The notes under the pieces are model-generated. The model had not been told where the DNA came from and made no database searches. It saw nothing but the letters and a program-made list of their open reading frames with translations. DNA of 30,421 nucleotides, taken from positions 1-30,421 of IMG/VR virus record IMGVR_UViG_3300009634_000151, one strand, 5' to 3'. This stretch comes from a virus (Duplodnaviria > Caudoviricetes). How positions within the stretch are numbered: position 1 is the stretch's first letter; the number at the start of each line of letters is the position of its first letter. Below, one piece after another: positions 8,624-17,069 of the stretch. Both the position numbers and the translations under genes were made by a program.

Positions 8624-9088
8624 CTATCCTCCCGGAATGTCCCGCAGGGCGTCTATCTCGACGCTCTTAACGAGAAAATAGACGGGGGCCTGCGTGCCCT
8701 CGTCGTTGATCGCATCTGCCGGTCTTATGTCCTGGACGCCGTCCGGGAATACCCCCGAGATGCGGAAAGAAAGGAGGGCGTTCTCGATCAGCTCCTCGAA
8801 GGCCATCAACTGCGACTGCGCGGCGTACGGGTCCTTCTGCTGGAAGCCCGCGTAGAGCATGGCCGTGTACGCTTCCTCGATTTGAAAATCCATGTAGCGC
8901 CCCGGCACCTTCTTCGGGCAGGTGAGCAGGCAGATCGGCAGATCGGCCGTCGATATCTCCACCCTGCGGCGGAAGGTGCGCAGGACAGTGAGGGCCTTCC
9001 CCCACGCGGCCTGGCAAAAGGCGGAAAGGGGGGCGTCCGACCCGAGGGCCGTAACTACGGCGTCAAGCGCCGGGTTGATGCTGGTCAT
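8624..9088 (-). CDS. Tail terminator/completion protein, putative
   Basis: About 154 aa starting MTSINPALDAV; size and position two genes upstream of the tail tube; LP.C.L motif. Confidence 0.55.
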   Translation of the reverse strand: MTSINPALDAVVTALGSDAPLSAFCQAAWGKALTVLRTFRRRVEISTADLPICLLTCPKKVPGRYMDFQIEEAYTAMLYAGFQQKDPYAAQSQLMAFEELIENALLSFRISGVFPDGVQDIRPADAINDEGTQAPVYFLVKSVEIDALRDIPGG

Positions 9089-9112
9089 CGCTGCCCCGGC
9101 AGCGAGCAAGGA

Positions 9113-9310
9113 AGCATGGAGCCCGCGCCTCCGGCGCTCTGGAGCATGGAGATGTTCAAGGTTCTATGTTCAATGTTCAATGTTGCCCCCTTGGGGCGTT
9201 CAAGGTTCGAGGTTCAAGGTTCAATGTTAAATTCCTCTCTTTCCCCAACTTTGAACCTTGAACCTTGAACATCCGTAAGCCTTGAACCTTGAACCCTGAA
9301 CCTTGAACAT
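9113..9310 (-). repeat. Heptamer palindromic element (A plus B)
   Basis: A arms with purine loop, GCGCCTCCGGCGC mini-hairpin and AGCATGG units. Confidence 0.9.
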
Positions 9311-9312
9311 CA

Positions 9313-9462
9313 TTACTGCGCGGCGTTCGCCTGATCGGTGATTGCCTTGAGCGCATCCGCCGTAGGGGCTGCCGCAAGCTGGTCTTTCAACGTCTGGTTT
9401 TCGGCCTTGAGCGCGTTGAACCTTGCGATCAAGCCCTGTACTGCCTGAGTTAATTCGTCCAT
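9313..9462 (-). CDS. Small coiled-coil protein (49 aa)
   Basis: MDELTQAVQGLIARFNALKAENQTLKDQLAAAPTADALKAITDQANAAQ*; AGGAGG SD. Translated by hand. Confidence 0.7.
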   Translation of the reverse strand: MDELTQAVQGLIARFNALKAENQTLKDQLAAAPTADALKAITDQANAAQ

Positions 9463-9475
9463 GATATATGCCCTC

Positions 9476-9751
9476 CTATTGGGTTTGGTTTACTGCGTCC
9501 GTAAGCGCTTTCATCGCCTGGTCGGCGGGAGCGGCGGGAGCGGCCGGTATGGCCGGCTGCTTAGGCTGCGCCCACATCTCGATGAGATCCCGGACCTTGT
9601 CCGTCTTCACGCTCGGGTGATAGATCGCGATGATCTTGAGGATGAAAAGGACGGCGCCGGGGATTGCCGCCATGAACAACGAATAGTTGGCTGCCACGTA
9701 GCCCATCCACTGGTTTGTAAAGAGGGCCGGTAAGGCCGCTACGGGTGGCAT
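9476..9751 (-). CDS. Small membrane protein (holin-like candidate)
   Basis: Hydrophobic segment YSLFMAAIPGAVLFILKIIAIY; lies in the lysis region. Confidence 0.55.
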   Translation of the reverse strand: MPPVAALPALFTNQWMGYVAANYSLFMAAIPGAVLFILKIIAIYHPSVKTDKVRDLIEMWAQPKQPAIPAAPAAPADQAMKALTDAVNQTQ

Positions 9752-9755
9752 GGGA

Positions 9756-9920
9756 CTACACCGGGTCCGTCGGCACGGCGGCCTGGGCTTGCTGTATCTG
9801 CGCGATGAGCTGGGCCTGCGTCTCGGCGGTCAGGTTCTTGTTGTTCTGGATCTCCGTTACTATGGCCTGTGTCAACTGCACAAGCCCTCCCACTGCGATT
9901 GCTAAGGTTGCCGGATCCAT
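9756..9920 (-). CDS. Small hydrophobic/coiled-coil protein (54 aa)
   Basis: MDPATLAIAVGGLVQLTQAIVTEIQNNKNLTAETQAQLIAQIQQAQAAVPTDPV*; AAAGGAGG SD. Translated by hand. Confidence 0.7.
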   Translation of the reverse strand: MDPATLAIAVGGLVQLTQAIVTEIQNNKNLTAETQAQLIAQIQQAQAAVPTDPV

Positions 9921-9953
9921 AATACGGTCCTCCTTTAAAGTGCCCCGAAGGGC

Positions 9954-10154
9954 TTAAAACGCATAGTCCATGCTCGACGATGCCGTATTGTTGATGATGT
10001 CGAGCTTGATGGTAATGAATTGCGTGCGCTGGTCCTCTCCTACCTCCGCTTCCTTAAGAGCCTGGACGAGCGCCTTCAATTCGGGAGAGAGGATCACCAT
10101 TCTCGCCAAGGCGTTTAGCGCATCGCTGTACTTCATCACCGCCGCTCCGTCCAT
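9954..10154 (-). CDS. Hypothetical protein
   Basis: 66-aa ORF abutting the lipoprotein stop; fills the operon gap; start uncertain. Confidence 0.55.
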   Translation of the reverse strand: MDGAAVMKYSDALNALARMVILSPELKALVQALKEAEVGEDQRTQFITIKLDIINNTASSSMDYAF

Positions 10155-10538
10155 TCACTTCACCCCTTGAATAAACGTTGCTACCTGGGTCACGAGCGCC
10201 GCGAGTTGCATAGTCAGTGTCCCGATGTTGGCCTGAATCTGGCCCTGCTTCGCCGCGTCGGTCGTCTCGATGGCGAGTATGAGCGCGTCGCCGAGGGCCT
10301 TGTAGGCCGTCACCGCCTGGGCGTAGATCGTGTTGAACTGCGCCTCCTGCGCCGCGCTGAGCTTCCCTGCCGCCTTCAGTGCCACGGCGCTTGCATGGAC
10401 CTGGGAGAGCACGGAGCCCGTCGCCTGGTAGGAAGTGACGGCTACGCTCTCCGTCTGCTGGGTCGTCGCGCACGCCGAGAGAAAAGCCATGCTAAAAACG
10501 ATGAGCACGAACACTGCACAAAATCTAAATAGTCTCAT
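10155..10538 (-). CDS. Lipoprotein (spanin-like candidate)
   Basis: MRLFRFCAVFVLIVFSMAFLSA-C lipobox, then an Ala/Gln-rich helical body; AGGAGG SD; inside the lysis cassette. Confidence 0.7.
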   Translation of the reverse strand: MRLFRFCAVFVLIVFSMAFLSACATTQQTESVAVTSYQATGSVLSQVHASAVALKAAGKLSAAQEAQFNTIYAQAVTAYKALGDALILAIETTDAAKQGQIQANIGTLTMQLAALVTQVATFIQGVK

Positions 10539-10546
10539 AAATCCTC

Positions 10547-11041
10547 CTATAGTTTGATGGGCGGCCCGAAGATCGCCAATTTTGAAAGGTCGCCCGGTGT
10601 CAGAATATCCCCCTGGATTCCGTAACATCTTTGAAGCATTTCCGAGCATACGGTATTCTTGGGATTAATTTTTACCCGCTCCACGGCCAGCTTGAAAAGG
10701 TCCGTGTAGTCGTAACTCATGCCGAGGAATTTCAGGGCACAAAGCCCTATCTCGTGTCGCTTGGCTTCGTATTCGGGCTTCAGCGGAAAGACCGTACACT
10801 TCTTCGTCTCCCTGGCCAGCTTCCCGGCGAGGTCATACATCACAACGCCCGTTGCTTCGGCCTCCACGGTGAGAACAATGTCAGGGTATTCCGAAAAGAC
10901 CATCACCATCCCGGCATGACAATACTCGCTGTGCGAGAGCTTTTCTATTGCTTCGGACAAGAGGTCTTTGCCGCTGTAGAGAAGGCAATCGCCAGCCCGA
11001 AGGGTGGATTTAATGCGGTTGAAGGTTGTAAGGTCCATCAC
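10547..11041 (-). CDS. Permuted papain-like amidase (YiiX/YebB-like NlpC/P60)
   Basis: GDCLLY, HAGMV (His), YDY and VCSEM (Cys) in the circularly permuted order. Confidence 0.8.
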   Translation of the reverse strand: MMDLTTFNRIKSTLRAGDCLLYSGKDLLSEAIEKLSHSEYCHAGMVMVFSEYPDIVLTVEAEATGVVMYDLAGKLARETKKCTVFPLKPEYEAKRHEIGLCALKFLGMSYDYTDLFKLAVERVKINPKNTVCSEMLQRCYGIQGDILTPGDLSKLAIFGPPIKL

Positions 11042-11046
11042 TTCTC

Positions 11047-11213
11047 CTCGCTACGCTCGAAGCAGCATGGAGCACGCTCGCTGTGCTCGCTCTGGAGCAT
11101 AGAGCATAGAGCAGAGAGCAAAAGGCCGTTCAAGGTTCGGTGTTCAATGTTAAAACCCCGTCTGTTTTTAAACCTTGAACCCTGAACCTTGAACATCTCT
11201 ATGCTCCATGCTG
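11047..11213 (-). repeat. Heptamer palindromic element, nested B-A-loop-A'-B'
   Basis: AGCATGG/AGCATAG arm, GTTCAAG arm, loop, CTTGAAC arm, CTCTATGCTCCATG arm. Confidence 0.9.
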
Positions 11214-11224
11214 CCTTTGCTGTT

Positions 11225-11731
11225 CTATCGCCCGCGATAGAACAAATGCTTGCCGATCTGCGCCGGCGATGCCGGCTGCAACTTGTCCGCCCAGGAAGGC
11301 TTCGGGCTGCCCTGGGCGTAGTACATGAAAACGTCGCCGGTCGAGAAGGGGCTCGGGATCCTGCCGGCCCAGACATCCCGGAAAACCGCGAGACACTGAA
11401 AGAGTGCGCCGGCGTCTGCGGGGCCCCACTTGAACGGCGTGAGGACGTGCGTCTTCGGGTCGGCAAAGGCGTCGAAGTTCTGGGCGATGGCCCGGGCCTT
11501 GAGATACTCGGGGTTGTCGACCGAGAGGTAGCAGCTGAAGGCCGCCTGGTGAAAGCAGACCGTAGCCACGTCGTTGCCCTGAAAGCTCGGATGGTCGACG
11601 CGGTTCTTGACTACCCAGGCCACGGCGACTTTGCCTTCCGTGCTCTCCCCGCCGGCCTCGAGGAAGACCGTCTCCCCGCCGATTCGGTCCGCAGAAAGCG
11701 CATGGAAGTATTTCATATCTTCCGGTCTCAT
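11225..11731 (-). CDS. Cell wall hydrolase (SleB/Hydrolase_2 family), probable endolysin
   Basis: VFLEAGGESTEGKVAVAWVVKNRV, AFSC, C-terminal PSWA...QIGKHLFY. Confidence 0.85.
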   Translation of the reverse strand: MRPEDMKYFHALSADRIGGETVFLEAGGESTEGKVAVAWVVKNRVDHPSFQGNDVATVCFHQAAFSCYLSVDNPEYLKARAIAQNFDAFADPKTHVLTPFKWGPADAGALFQCLAVFRDVWAGRIPSPFSTGDVFMYYAQGSPKPSWADKLQPASPAQIGKHLFYRGR

Positions 11732-11746
11732 AACGCCTCCGGCGTT

Positions 11747-11880
11747 AGCATGGAGCAGAGAGCATGGAGCAGAGAGCGTGGAGCTTTAAAAACTCTATGC
11801 CCTATGCTTTCTTTGCTCTTTGCTGCGCCTTTGGCGCGGGCTCCATGCTCTATGCTGTCTCTGCTGTCTCTGCTGCTTCT
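11747..11880 (-). repeat. Heptamer palindromic element (family B)
   Basis: AGCATGG/AGCAGAG arm versus CTCTATG/CTCCATG arm, with a GCGCCTTTGGCGC mini-hairpin. Confidence 0.85.
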
Positions 11881-11894
11881 CGCGTCGGAGGGTT

Positions 11895-12173
11895 TCATTT
11901 CGTTAACCTCTGCAGTACCTTGTCTATCTTGCCGTCGAGCTTCTCCAGGCCGTCTTTCATATCCTTTCTCAGTTCCCCTACCTGGCCGACCCAATTACCC
12001 TTACATTCTGTGCAAGTGTCCTTAAACACGACCTTAGCTTCCATTTTCTCTTTCCACTCCTCCAGGGCCTCGACCTTAACCTTGAGGATGTTAATGGTGA
12101 TCAGAGATCCTATTGCCCCGCCAAAGATTGCTACGAGAAAACCAACCGCTATTTCTACGATCACCGTTGCCAT
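11895..12173 (-). CDS. Single-TM coiled-coil protein (holin-like)
   Basis: MATVIVEIAVGFLVAIFGGAIGSLITI followed by a charged coiled coil; directly upstream of the endolysin; GGAGGA SD. Confidence 0.65.
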   Translation of the reverse strand: MATVIVEIAVGFLVAIFGGAIGSLITINILKVKVEALEEWKEKMEAKVVFKDTCTECKGNWVGQVGELRKDMKDGLEKLDGKIDKVLQRLTK

Positions 12174-12214
12174 CTCATCCTCCGCGTGCCGCTTCAAGGG
12201 TGGTCATGGGGGCC

Positions 12215-15016
12215 TTATCCTGCCGTCCCTGCTATCAGTTCATCCGGGGTCACAAACTGCGCGTCCCCACTGTTGACCATCGAGGCGAAAGCATCGGCGT
12301 CGAACATGCCGTTTGCTAATGAGTTAGTTGAGTTGACATGCCCGCCCCAGGACCACAAGCCCCTGCTCTTAATCAATGCATAGACCCTCTGCCCCCATGC
12401 CGGGTCGGGTGTCGAAGTAACCGAAACATTTGTGCCCGCGCTGGCAAACGTCATCATGTTCGTGCCGGCTACCGCGTCATGCGCCGTAGGGTAGATATTA
12501 CAGGTCTGGTTGGTGAGCATTTCGGCCCAGTATATCGCGCCTGCCGTAATCCCCGTAGGCATCACATCCCCGCTGAATTTGACGGGCTTCGGATAGCCGA
12601 TTGTCCATGTAACGGTAGAGCCGAGGGTGACGACATTCGTTGATGTGTTGACCGTCGCCGTTAAGGTTTGGAGACCGGCAGCGGAATAGACCCATGAAGC
12701 GAAAGGGGCATACCGCTGGTCCCAGAGAGACGTTATGTGAGTAGACCCGCCGAAGTTCTGATGGCCCACAACTATATCGGCATACTGGCCGAGGAAGGTA
12801 TAATGGTCATAGGAGGTCCACCCGTAGTCACCCACAAGGCTCATCACCCGCGCTCTCGGCAGGTTATTTGCGGCAAAATAGTTCTGTGCATAAGCTATGG
12901 CCGCAAGTTTTTGCGAGGCCGTGAGGCTTATCCAGTTTGTCGAGCTTGGCTGCGCCGTGTAGAGGCCAAGGCTGTGACCCGATGCAATGAGGTCTTGAAA
13001 CTGCGCGAGCGTCAGATGGCTCGCCACACCCACTTCCAGCGGGCAGGTGTTGAACGTTACGGACGCCTTGCCGTGAGCGCCGGATGCCGTAAGCGGCAGG
13101 GAGCGCAGATAGGCCGCGAATGCATATTGTTGAGAATACGTGCCGTCCGTATAGGCAAGGACGTACCCGGTAGAGTTGCGGCTTTTGAAGGCAAGTAATT
13201 CATCGAACGTGACCGATGGTATGTCGCCTATCGCGTTGACGGTGAGATAGTAGTCTATCTTTGAGACGGTTGTAAGTGTAAACCCCGAATCCTGAGAGTC
13301 TGGATCATCGAAAACAATAGGCGCTTCGTACCAGGAAACACCCGGCGTGTGAGTCGAGTCCCAGAGAATGTACGTCGCGGTCTTTGCTCCGCCGTCCGTC
13401 AGAATGACTTTAATTCCCGTGATCCTCAAAAAATCTGTAGTCTGCCCTGTAGTGCCCGGCCAGATGTAAAAGCGGAGCATTCCCTGGCAGCCGCTAAGAT
13501 TTGTTGCCGAGATGGTCTTGTAAAAATGGTTGTTAGTCGCCGTCCCGTCAGGCGTTGCCTCTAATGCCTGTGTGCCGACCTTATAATTGGTCGCGTCTGC
13601 CGCAAGGGTCGTCGTGGCAGCCGTCCAGCCACCCGTAGAGGAAAAGGTTTCCTGATAGATTTGCTGGCCGACATAGTTGTACCGGGAGGTAAGGGTTTTG
13701 CGATCCATGAGAGGCTGCACGTCATAGCCCATGGCTTCCGTGCCGACGAAGAAATAGCCGCCCCCGATCCAAGCCGTCACAGTGGCGTTGTTCCGAAAAG
13801 CGAGGCCACCCGTCGATGTGCCTTCACGGTATATTTGGCTCGTAAAGCTGTCAGTCGAATAGAAGGTCAGACCGCCCCCGCCGTCATTTGAGCCTTGCTG
13901 AATAAGTAATTGGCCAGCAGAAGCACTCGGGATTATGCCTACGCCCACCTGCCCGTTGAGGATGTAAAGGGTTTCTGTCGCGTTATTTCTGAAGGTCAAT
14001 GCTCCGGAACTTGTCGCCTTGCGGTATATCTGCGCTGTGTTGCCGCTGAGGGACTGGAGGACGATACCACCGTTGCTATCATCGGAAGGCTGGACCTGCA
14101 AAAGACTGTAGCCGCCGACGCCCCAAGTATGGGAGCCGGTAGACTGAAGGGGGCGGCCCGCCGTGGTCCCTGAATCGGGGACCGTGCCGGAAGGGGGAGC
14201 TTGCCAAGACGAGTTTCCGTTGCTATCGGACGTCTGAACTTTTCCTGTGCCTGCGCCCGTCGCTAAATCAAGTGTTGCACCGCCTGATGGTGCCGTCAGG
14301 GTAAGCGCCCCGCCAAGAAAAGTAAACGTCCTTGGTGTCGTGCCACCGGCAAGGGAAAAGCCATCGGCGTTGGATGTCAAAGTAAGACCGCTAACCGTTG
14401 TCCCGCTTATCGTCCCTCCAGTGATGGCGACATTTGCCGAATTGTTCACCGGCTGCCCGTTTGACCAGCCGCCGACAGAGGCAGAGACAGGAAAATCGGC
14501 CGAGGTGAAATACCCGAGGGCGGCCTTGAGCTGGGCGGCGTTGAGGAATGACCAGGTGCCGGCGGAGAGGGAAGGATAGCCGGAGAGCGCGGAGGAATCT
14601 ACGCCAATCCCGCCCTGGGCGGGCGTCACCTGGGACTCCCACGTGGGGGGTGCGGCAGGGCCGTTCGAAGTAAGCACCTGTCCCGCTGAGCCGGCCCAAT
14701 TCCCGTCAAGGACCTCCCAATCGGCCCCTATCCAGTCCGGATCGGCGACAACAGCGGCGGGGAACAAAAAGAGCAGAGAGAATAAAAGTAGCATGGAGCT
14801 CGCGCCTTTGGCGCTCCGGAGCAAACGGCTGTTCAATGTTCGATGTTCAACGTTCAATGTTGCCCCTTCGGGGCTGTTCAAGGTTCTATGTTCAACGTTC
14901 AATGTTGAAACCCTCGTCTTTTTCCCAACCCTGAACCCCGAACCTTGAACCTTGAACAGTTCTTGGGAACTTTGAACTTTGAACCTTGAACTTTGAACAT
15001 TCCTTTTAGCTTTCAT
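12215..15016 (-). CDS. Large fibre/adhesin-like protein with signal peptide and degenerate polysaccharide-deacetylase-like domain
   Basis: 933 aa, Gly/Ser/Thr-rich; fibre-like motifs GQVLTSNG, GKVQTSDSNGNSSWQ, NGQVGVG; NodB-like segment LAYTDG...HLTLAQFQDLIASGHSLG; element inserted after MKAKR. Confidence 0.65.
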   Translation of the reverse strand: MKAKRNVQSSRFKVQSSQELFKVQGSGFRVGKKTRVSTLNVEHRTLNSPEGATLNVEHRTLNSRLLRSAKGASSMLLLFSLLFLFPAAVVADPDWIGADWEVLDGNWAGSAGQVLTSNGPAAPPTWESQVTPAQGGIGVDSSALSGYPSLSAGTWSFLNAAQLKAALGYFTSADFPVSASVGGWSNGQPVNNSANVAITGGTISGTTVSGLTLTSNADGFSLAGGTTPRTFTFLGGALTLTAPSGGATLDLATGAGTGKVQTSDSNGNSSWQAPPSGTVPDSGTTAGRPLQSTGSHTWGVGGYSLLQVQPSDDSNGGIVLQSLSGNTAQIYRKATSSGALTFRNNATETLYILNGQVGVGIIPSASAGQLLIQQGSNDGGGGLTFYSTDSFTSQIYREGTSTGGLAFRNNATVTAWIGGGYFFVGTEAMGYDVQPLMDRKTLTSRYNYVGQQIYQETFSSTGGWTAATTTLAADATNYKVGTQALEATPDGTATNNHFYKTISATNLSGCQGMLRFYIWPGTTGQTTDFLRITGIKVILTDGGAKTATYILWDSTHTPGVSWYEAPIVFDDPDSQDSGFTLTTVSKIDYYLTVNAIGDIPSVTFDELLAFKSRNSTGYVLAYTDGTYSQQYAFAAYLRSLPLTASGAHGKASVTFNTCPLEVGVASHLTLAQFQDLIASGHSLGLYTAQPSSTNWISLTASQKLAAIAYAQNYFAANNLPRARVMSLVGDYGWTSYDHYTFLGQYADIVVGHQNFGGSTHITSLWDQRYAPFASWVYSAAGLQTLTATVNTSTNVVTLGSTVTWTIGYPKPVKFSGDVMPTGITAGAIYWAEMLTNQTCNIYPTAHDAVAGTNMMTFASAGTNVSVTSTPDPAWGQRVYALIKSRGLWSWGGHVNSTNSLANGMFDADAFASMVNSGDAQFVTPDELIAGTAG
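14789..15000 (-). repeat. Heptamer palindromic element, in frame in the 5' end of the 933-aa gene
   Basis: Encodes NVQSSRFKVQ...TLNVEHRTLNSPEGATLNVEHRTLNS without a stop. Confidence 0.9.
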
Positions 15017-15504
15017 TCGCAGCTCAACTGGATGGACGTTATCGAGCCGGAGGTGATCGCGCTCGTCACGTAGAGCGACGTGATGTGGTGCATCGTCGCC
15101 AGCTTGGTGGCTCCGGCGCTCGTTATCGTCAGGTTCTTCGTTGCCGCGCCGTTCGCGTCCTCGTTGACGGTGACCGCGATATTGACCGGCGAGCCGGCGG
15201 TATCGATCTCCAGGACCTTCGACCCCTTGCAGTACTGGACGTTGACGGCGGTCTCACTCGCCCCGGATGACGTCTGGTTCGTGGCCAGCACCCAGGAGTA
15301 AGAGTACGTGTCGTGCCGCTGGACCTCGGTCATGGAGACGTTGCCGGCGAGGGCGGGGCAGAGAGCCAAGAGCAGCAAAAGCAGCATGGAGCAGGGAGCA
15401 AAAGCCTGTTCAATGTTCAACGTTCGACGTTCAAGGTTAAAACCGCTCTTTTCCCAACTTTGAACTTTGAACCTTGAACCTTGAACATCCCCTGACCTTC
15501 TCAT
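15013..15504 (-). CDS. Small beta-rich protein with signal peptide
   Basis: MRR + element + LLLLLLALCPALA, then a Thr/Ser/Val-rich domain; ATGA-coupled at both ends. Confidence 0.7.
   Translation of the reverse strand: MRRSGDVQGSRFKVQSWEKSGFNLERRTLNIEQAFAPCSMLLLLLLALCPALAGNVSMTEVQRHDTYSYSWVLATNQTSSGASETAVNVQYCKGSKVLEIDTAGSPVNIAVTVNEDANGAATKNLTITSAGATKLATMHHITSLYVTSAITSGSITSIQLSCE
15383..15488 (-). repeat. Heptamer palindromic element, in frame in a gene 5' end
   Basis: Encodes DVQGSRFKVQSWEKSGFNLERRTLNIEQAFAPCSM. Confidence 0.9.
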
Positions 15505-16025
15505 TTCGTCTCCTTTTCGATCTCTTCCTCAAAAATCGCCTTTATCGCGCCGCCTGAGTCGAAGCGCGTGAGGCCGTCCGTGAGGTAATCCCTGGGACCG
15601 TACTTGCGGGACGAGCCGGTGCCCTCGCGGATGACGCGGGCATAGAGGGCGGAATCGAAGATGACGGTCTCGAAAGGCCCGGCGGTGAACGAGCCGGCAG
15701 GACCGGATTTCGCTTCACCCGGATGGAGCCAATCGAGGAGCTGCCTCAGGAAGCCTGTCCGGGCAGGGACAGGGTAGGCGCCCGCGCCTTCGTAACTTCG
15801 GAACATGACCTTATCGCCGGATTTCTTAGTGAAGCCGACATAGTCCGTGCGCTGGTCTTTCGATGCGCCGCCTGCCCCGCTGAGCCAATACTGGGCGTTT
15901 TCGAAGACGCCGGTGCCTACGCGCGTGAGGGCGCGGTCTATGGCGGCGGGGATCCTCGCGGCGTGGGCATCGAGGTTCTCGATCACTACCTTGTCGCCTT
16001 CGACGGTCACGCTTATGTCGAGCAT
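15501..16025 (-). CDS. Neck/tail-completion protein (HK97 gp10-like), putative
   Basis: PVPARTGFLR, YARVIREGT...YGPRDYL motifs; position after head-tail adaptor. Confidence 0.65.
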   Translation of the reverse strand: MLDISVTVEGDKVVIENLDAHAARIPAAIDRALTRVGTGVFENAQYWLSGAGGASKDQRTDYVGFTKKSGDKVMFRSYEGAGAYPVPARTGFLRQLLDWLHPGEAKSGPAGSFTAGPFETVIFDSALYARVIREGTGSSRKYGPRDYLTDGLTRFDSGGAIKAIFEEEIEKETK

Positions 16026-16034
16026 CAGGGTTCC

Positions 16035-16157
16035 TCGCTGCGCTCAAAACCGTTCAAGGTTCGATGTTCAACGTTCAAAGTTGAAAACCCCCTGTTTCAT
16101 AAAGCCGTTCAATGTTCAAAGTTTCTAACCTTGAACCTTGAACCTTGAACATTGAAC
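16035..16157 (-). repeat. Heptamer palindromic element (family A)
   Basis: GTTCAAG and TTGAAC arms, plus CGCTGCGCTC sub-motif. Confidence 0.9.
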
Positions 16158-16160
16158 GCC

Positions 16161-16619
16161 TCATCGTCCCCATAAAAACCCTTCACGCCGGCGGAAGTGC
16201 GTCGTCACGAGCACGCCGGAGGCGAAGTCGCCCGATTCGGTGCCCCTGCTGGTGGTCAGCACGAGCAGGTTCTGGTTGATGATCCTCTCCGCCTCGGCCC
16301 GGTAGTCGTCCCGCTGCTTCGTTTCGGATTTGACATCGAACTCCTGGCCGGCGGCGAGGACGTTCACCAGGCGCTTGTTGATGCGCCTGTCGAGCAGCTC
16401 GGCGGCGGTAAGGCATTTTTCCACCCGCGCGACCTGCGTGGGCGTCGGAGCGACCGTCGAGTTATAGACCAGGTCCCCGACCCTGCCTTCGAGCAGGGTG
16501 GACTGTTCGGTAATGACCCCGAGGACGAACGTGGTAAAACCGTCGTCGTCGGGGATATCGAATATCTCCTTGGTGAAGCCCATACCGCTCGGGCCGATGA
16601 TGTCGGATGCGTTAATCAT
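16161..16619 (-). CDS. Head-tail adaptor protein, putative
   Basis: 152 aa, helical character, two genes after the major capsid gene; synteny only. Confidence 0.5.
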   Translation of the reverse strand: MINASDIIGPSGMGFTKEIFDIPDDDGFTTFVLGVITEQSTLLEGRVGDLVYNSTVAPTPTQVARVEKCLTAAELLDRRINKRLVNVLAAGQEFDVKSETKQRDDYRAEAERIINQNLLVLTTSRGTESGDFASGVLVTTHFRRREGFLWGR

Positions 16620-16620
16620 T

Positions 16621-16737
16621 CGCTTCGCTCACCCGCGCCTGCGGCGCGGACAATGTTCAAGGTTCAATGTTCAGGGTTCAAGGTTGAAACCGCCCTCTTT
16701 CCCAAACTTTGAACCTGGAACCTTGAACTTTGAACGT
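16621..16737 (-). repeat. Heptamer palindromic element (family A)
   Basis: Arms around loop GGGAAAGAGGGCGG; CCGCGCCTGCGGCGCGG mini-hairpin and CGCTTCGCTC. Confidence 0.9.
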
Positions 16738-16739
16738 CT

Positions 16740-16913
16740 CTATTCGTCGTCGGTGCCGTCGTCCGTCCCGTCGTCTCCGCCGTTATCCCCGCCGTTGTCC
16801 TCGGGGTCCGTGCCGTCGCCTTCGTCCATGTTGCCGTCCGTCACGTTAGGATAGTCGACCGTTCCGGGGGCCCCATCGCCATAGCCGTCGATATCAGTTC
16901 TCTCGCCTTCCAT
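16740..16913 (-). CDS. Very acidic small protein (57 aa)
   Basis: MEGERTDIDGYGDGAPGTVDYPNVTDGNMDEGDGTDPEDNGGDNGGDDGTDDGTDDE*; AAGGAGG SD. Translated by hand. Confidence 0.7.
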   Translation of the reverse strand: MEGERTDIDGYGDGAPGTVDYPNVTDGNMDEGDGTDPEDNGGDNGGDDGTDDGTDDE

Positions 16914-16930
16914 AATCCCTCCTTAAGGGC

Positions 16931-17064
16931 TGTTCAATGTTCAAAGTTCAAAGTTCAACGTTAGAACCTTTCTCTTTGCAAACCTTGAACCCTGAACCTT
17001 GAACCTTGAACATCTCCATGCTCCAGAGCGAGCACAGCGAGCGTGCTCCATGCTCCATGCTGCT
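16931..17064 (-). repeat. Heptamer palindromic element (A plus B arm)
   Basis: Immediately after the capsid gene stop. Confidence 0.9.
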
Positions 17065-17069
17065 TCTGC

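Noticed and set aside
12215-15016. Diversity-generating retroelement target
   Set aside because: No reverse transcriptase and no TR/VR pair with adenine-specific differences is visible in the window.
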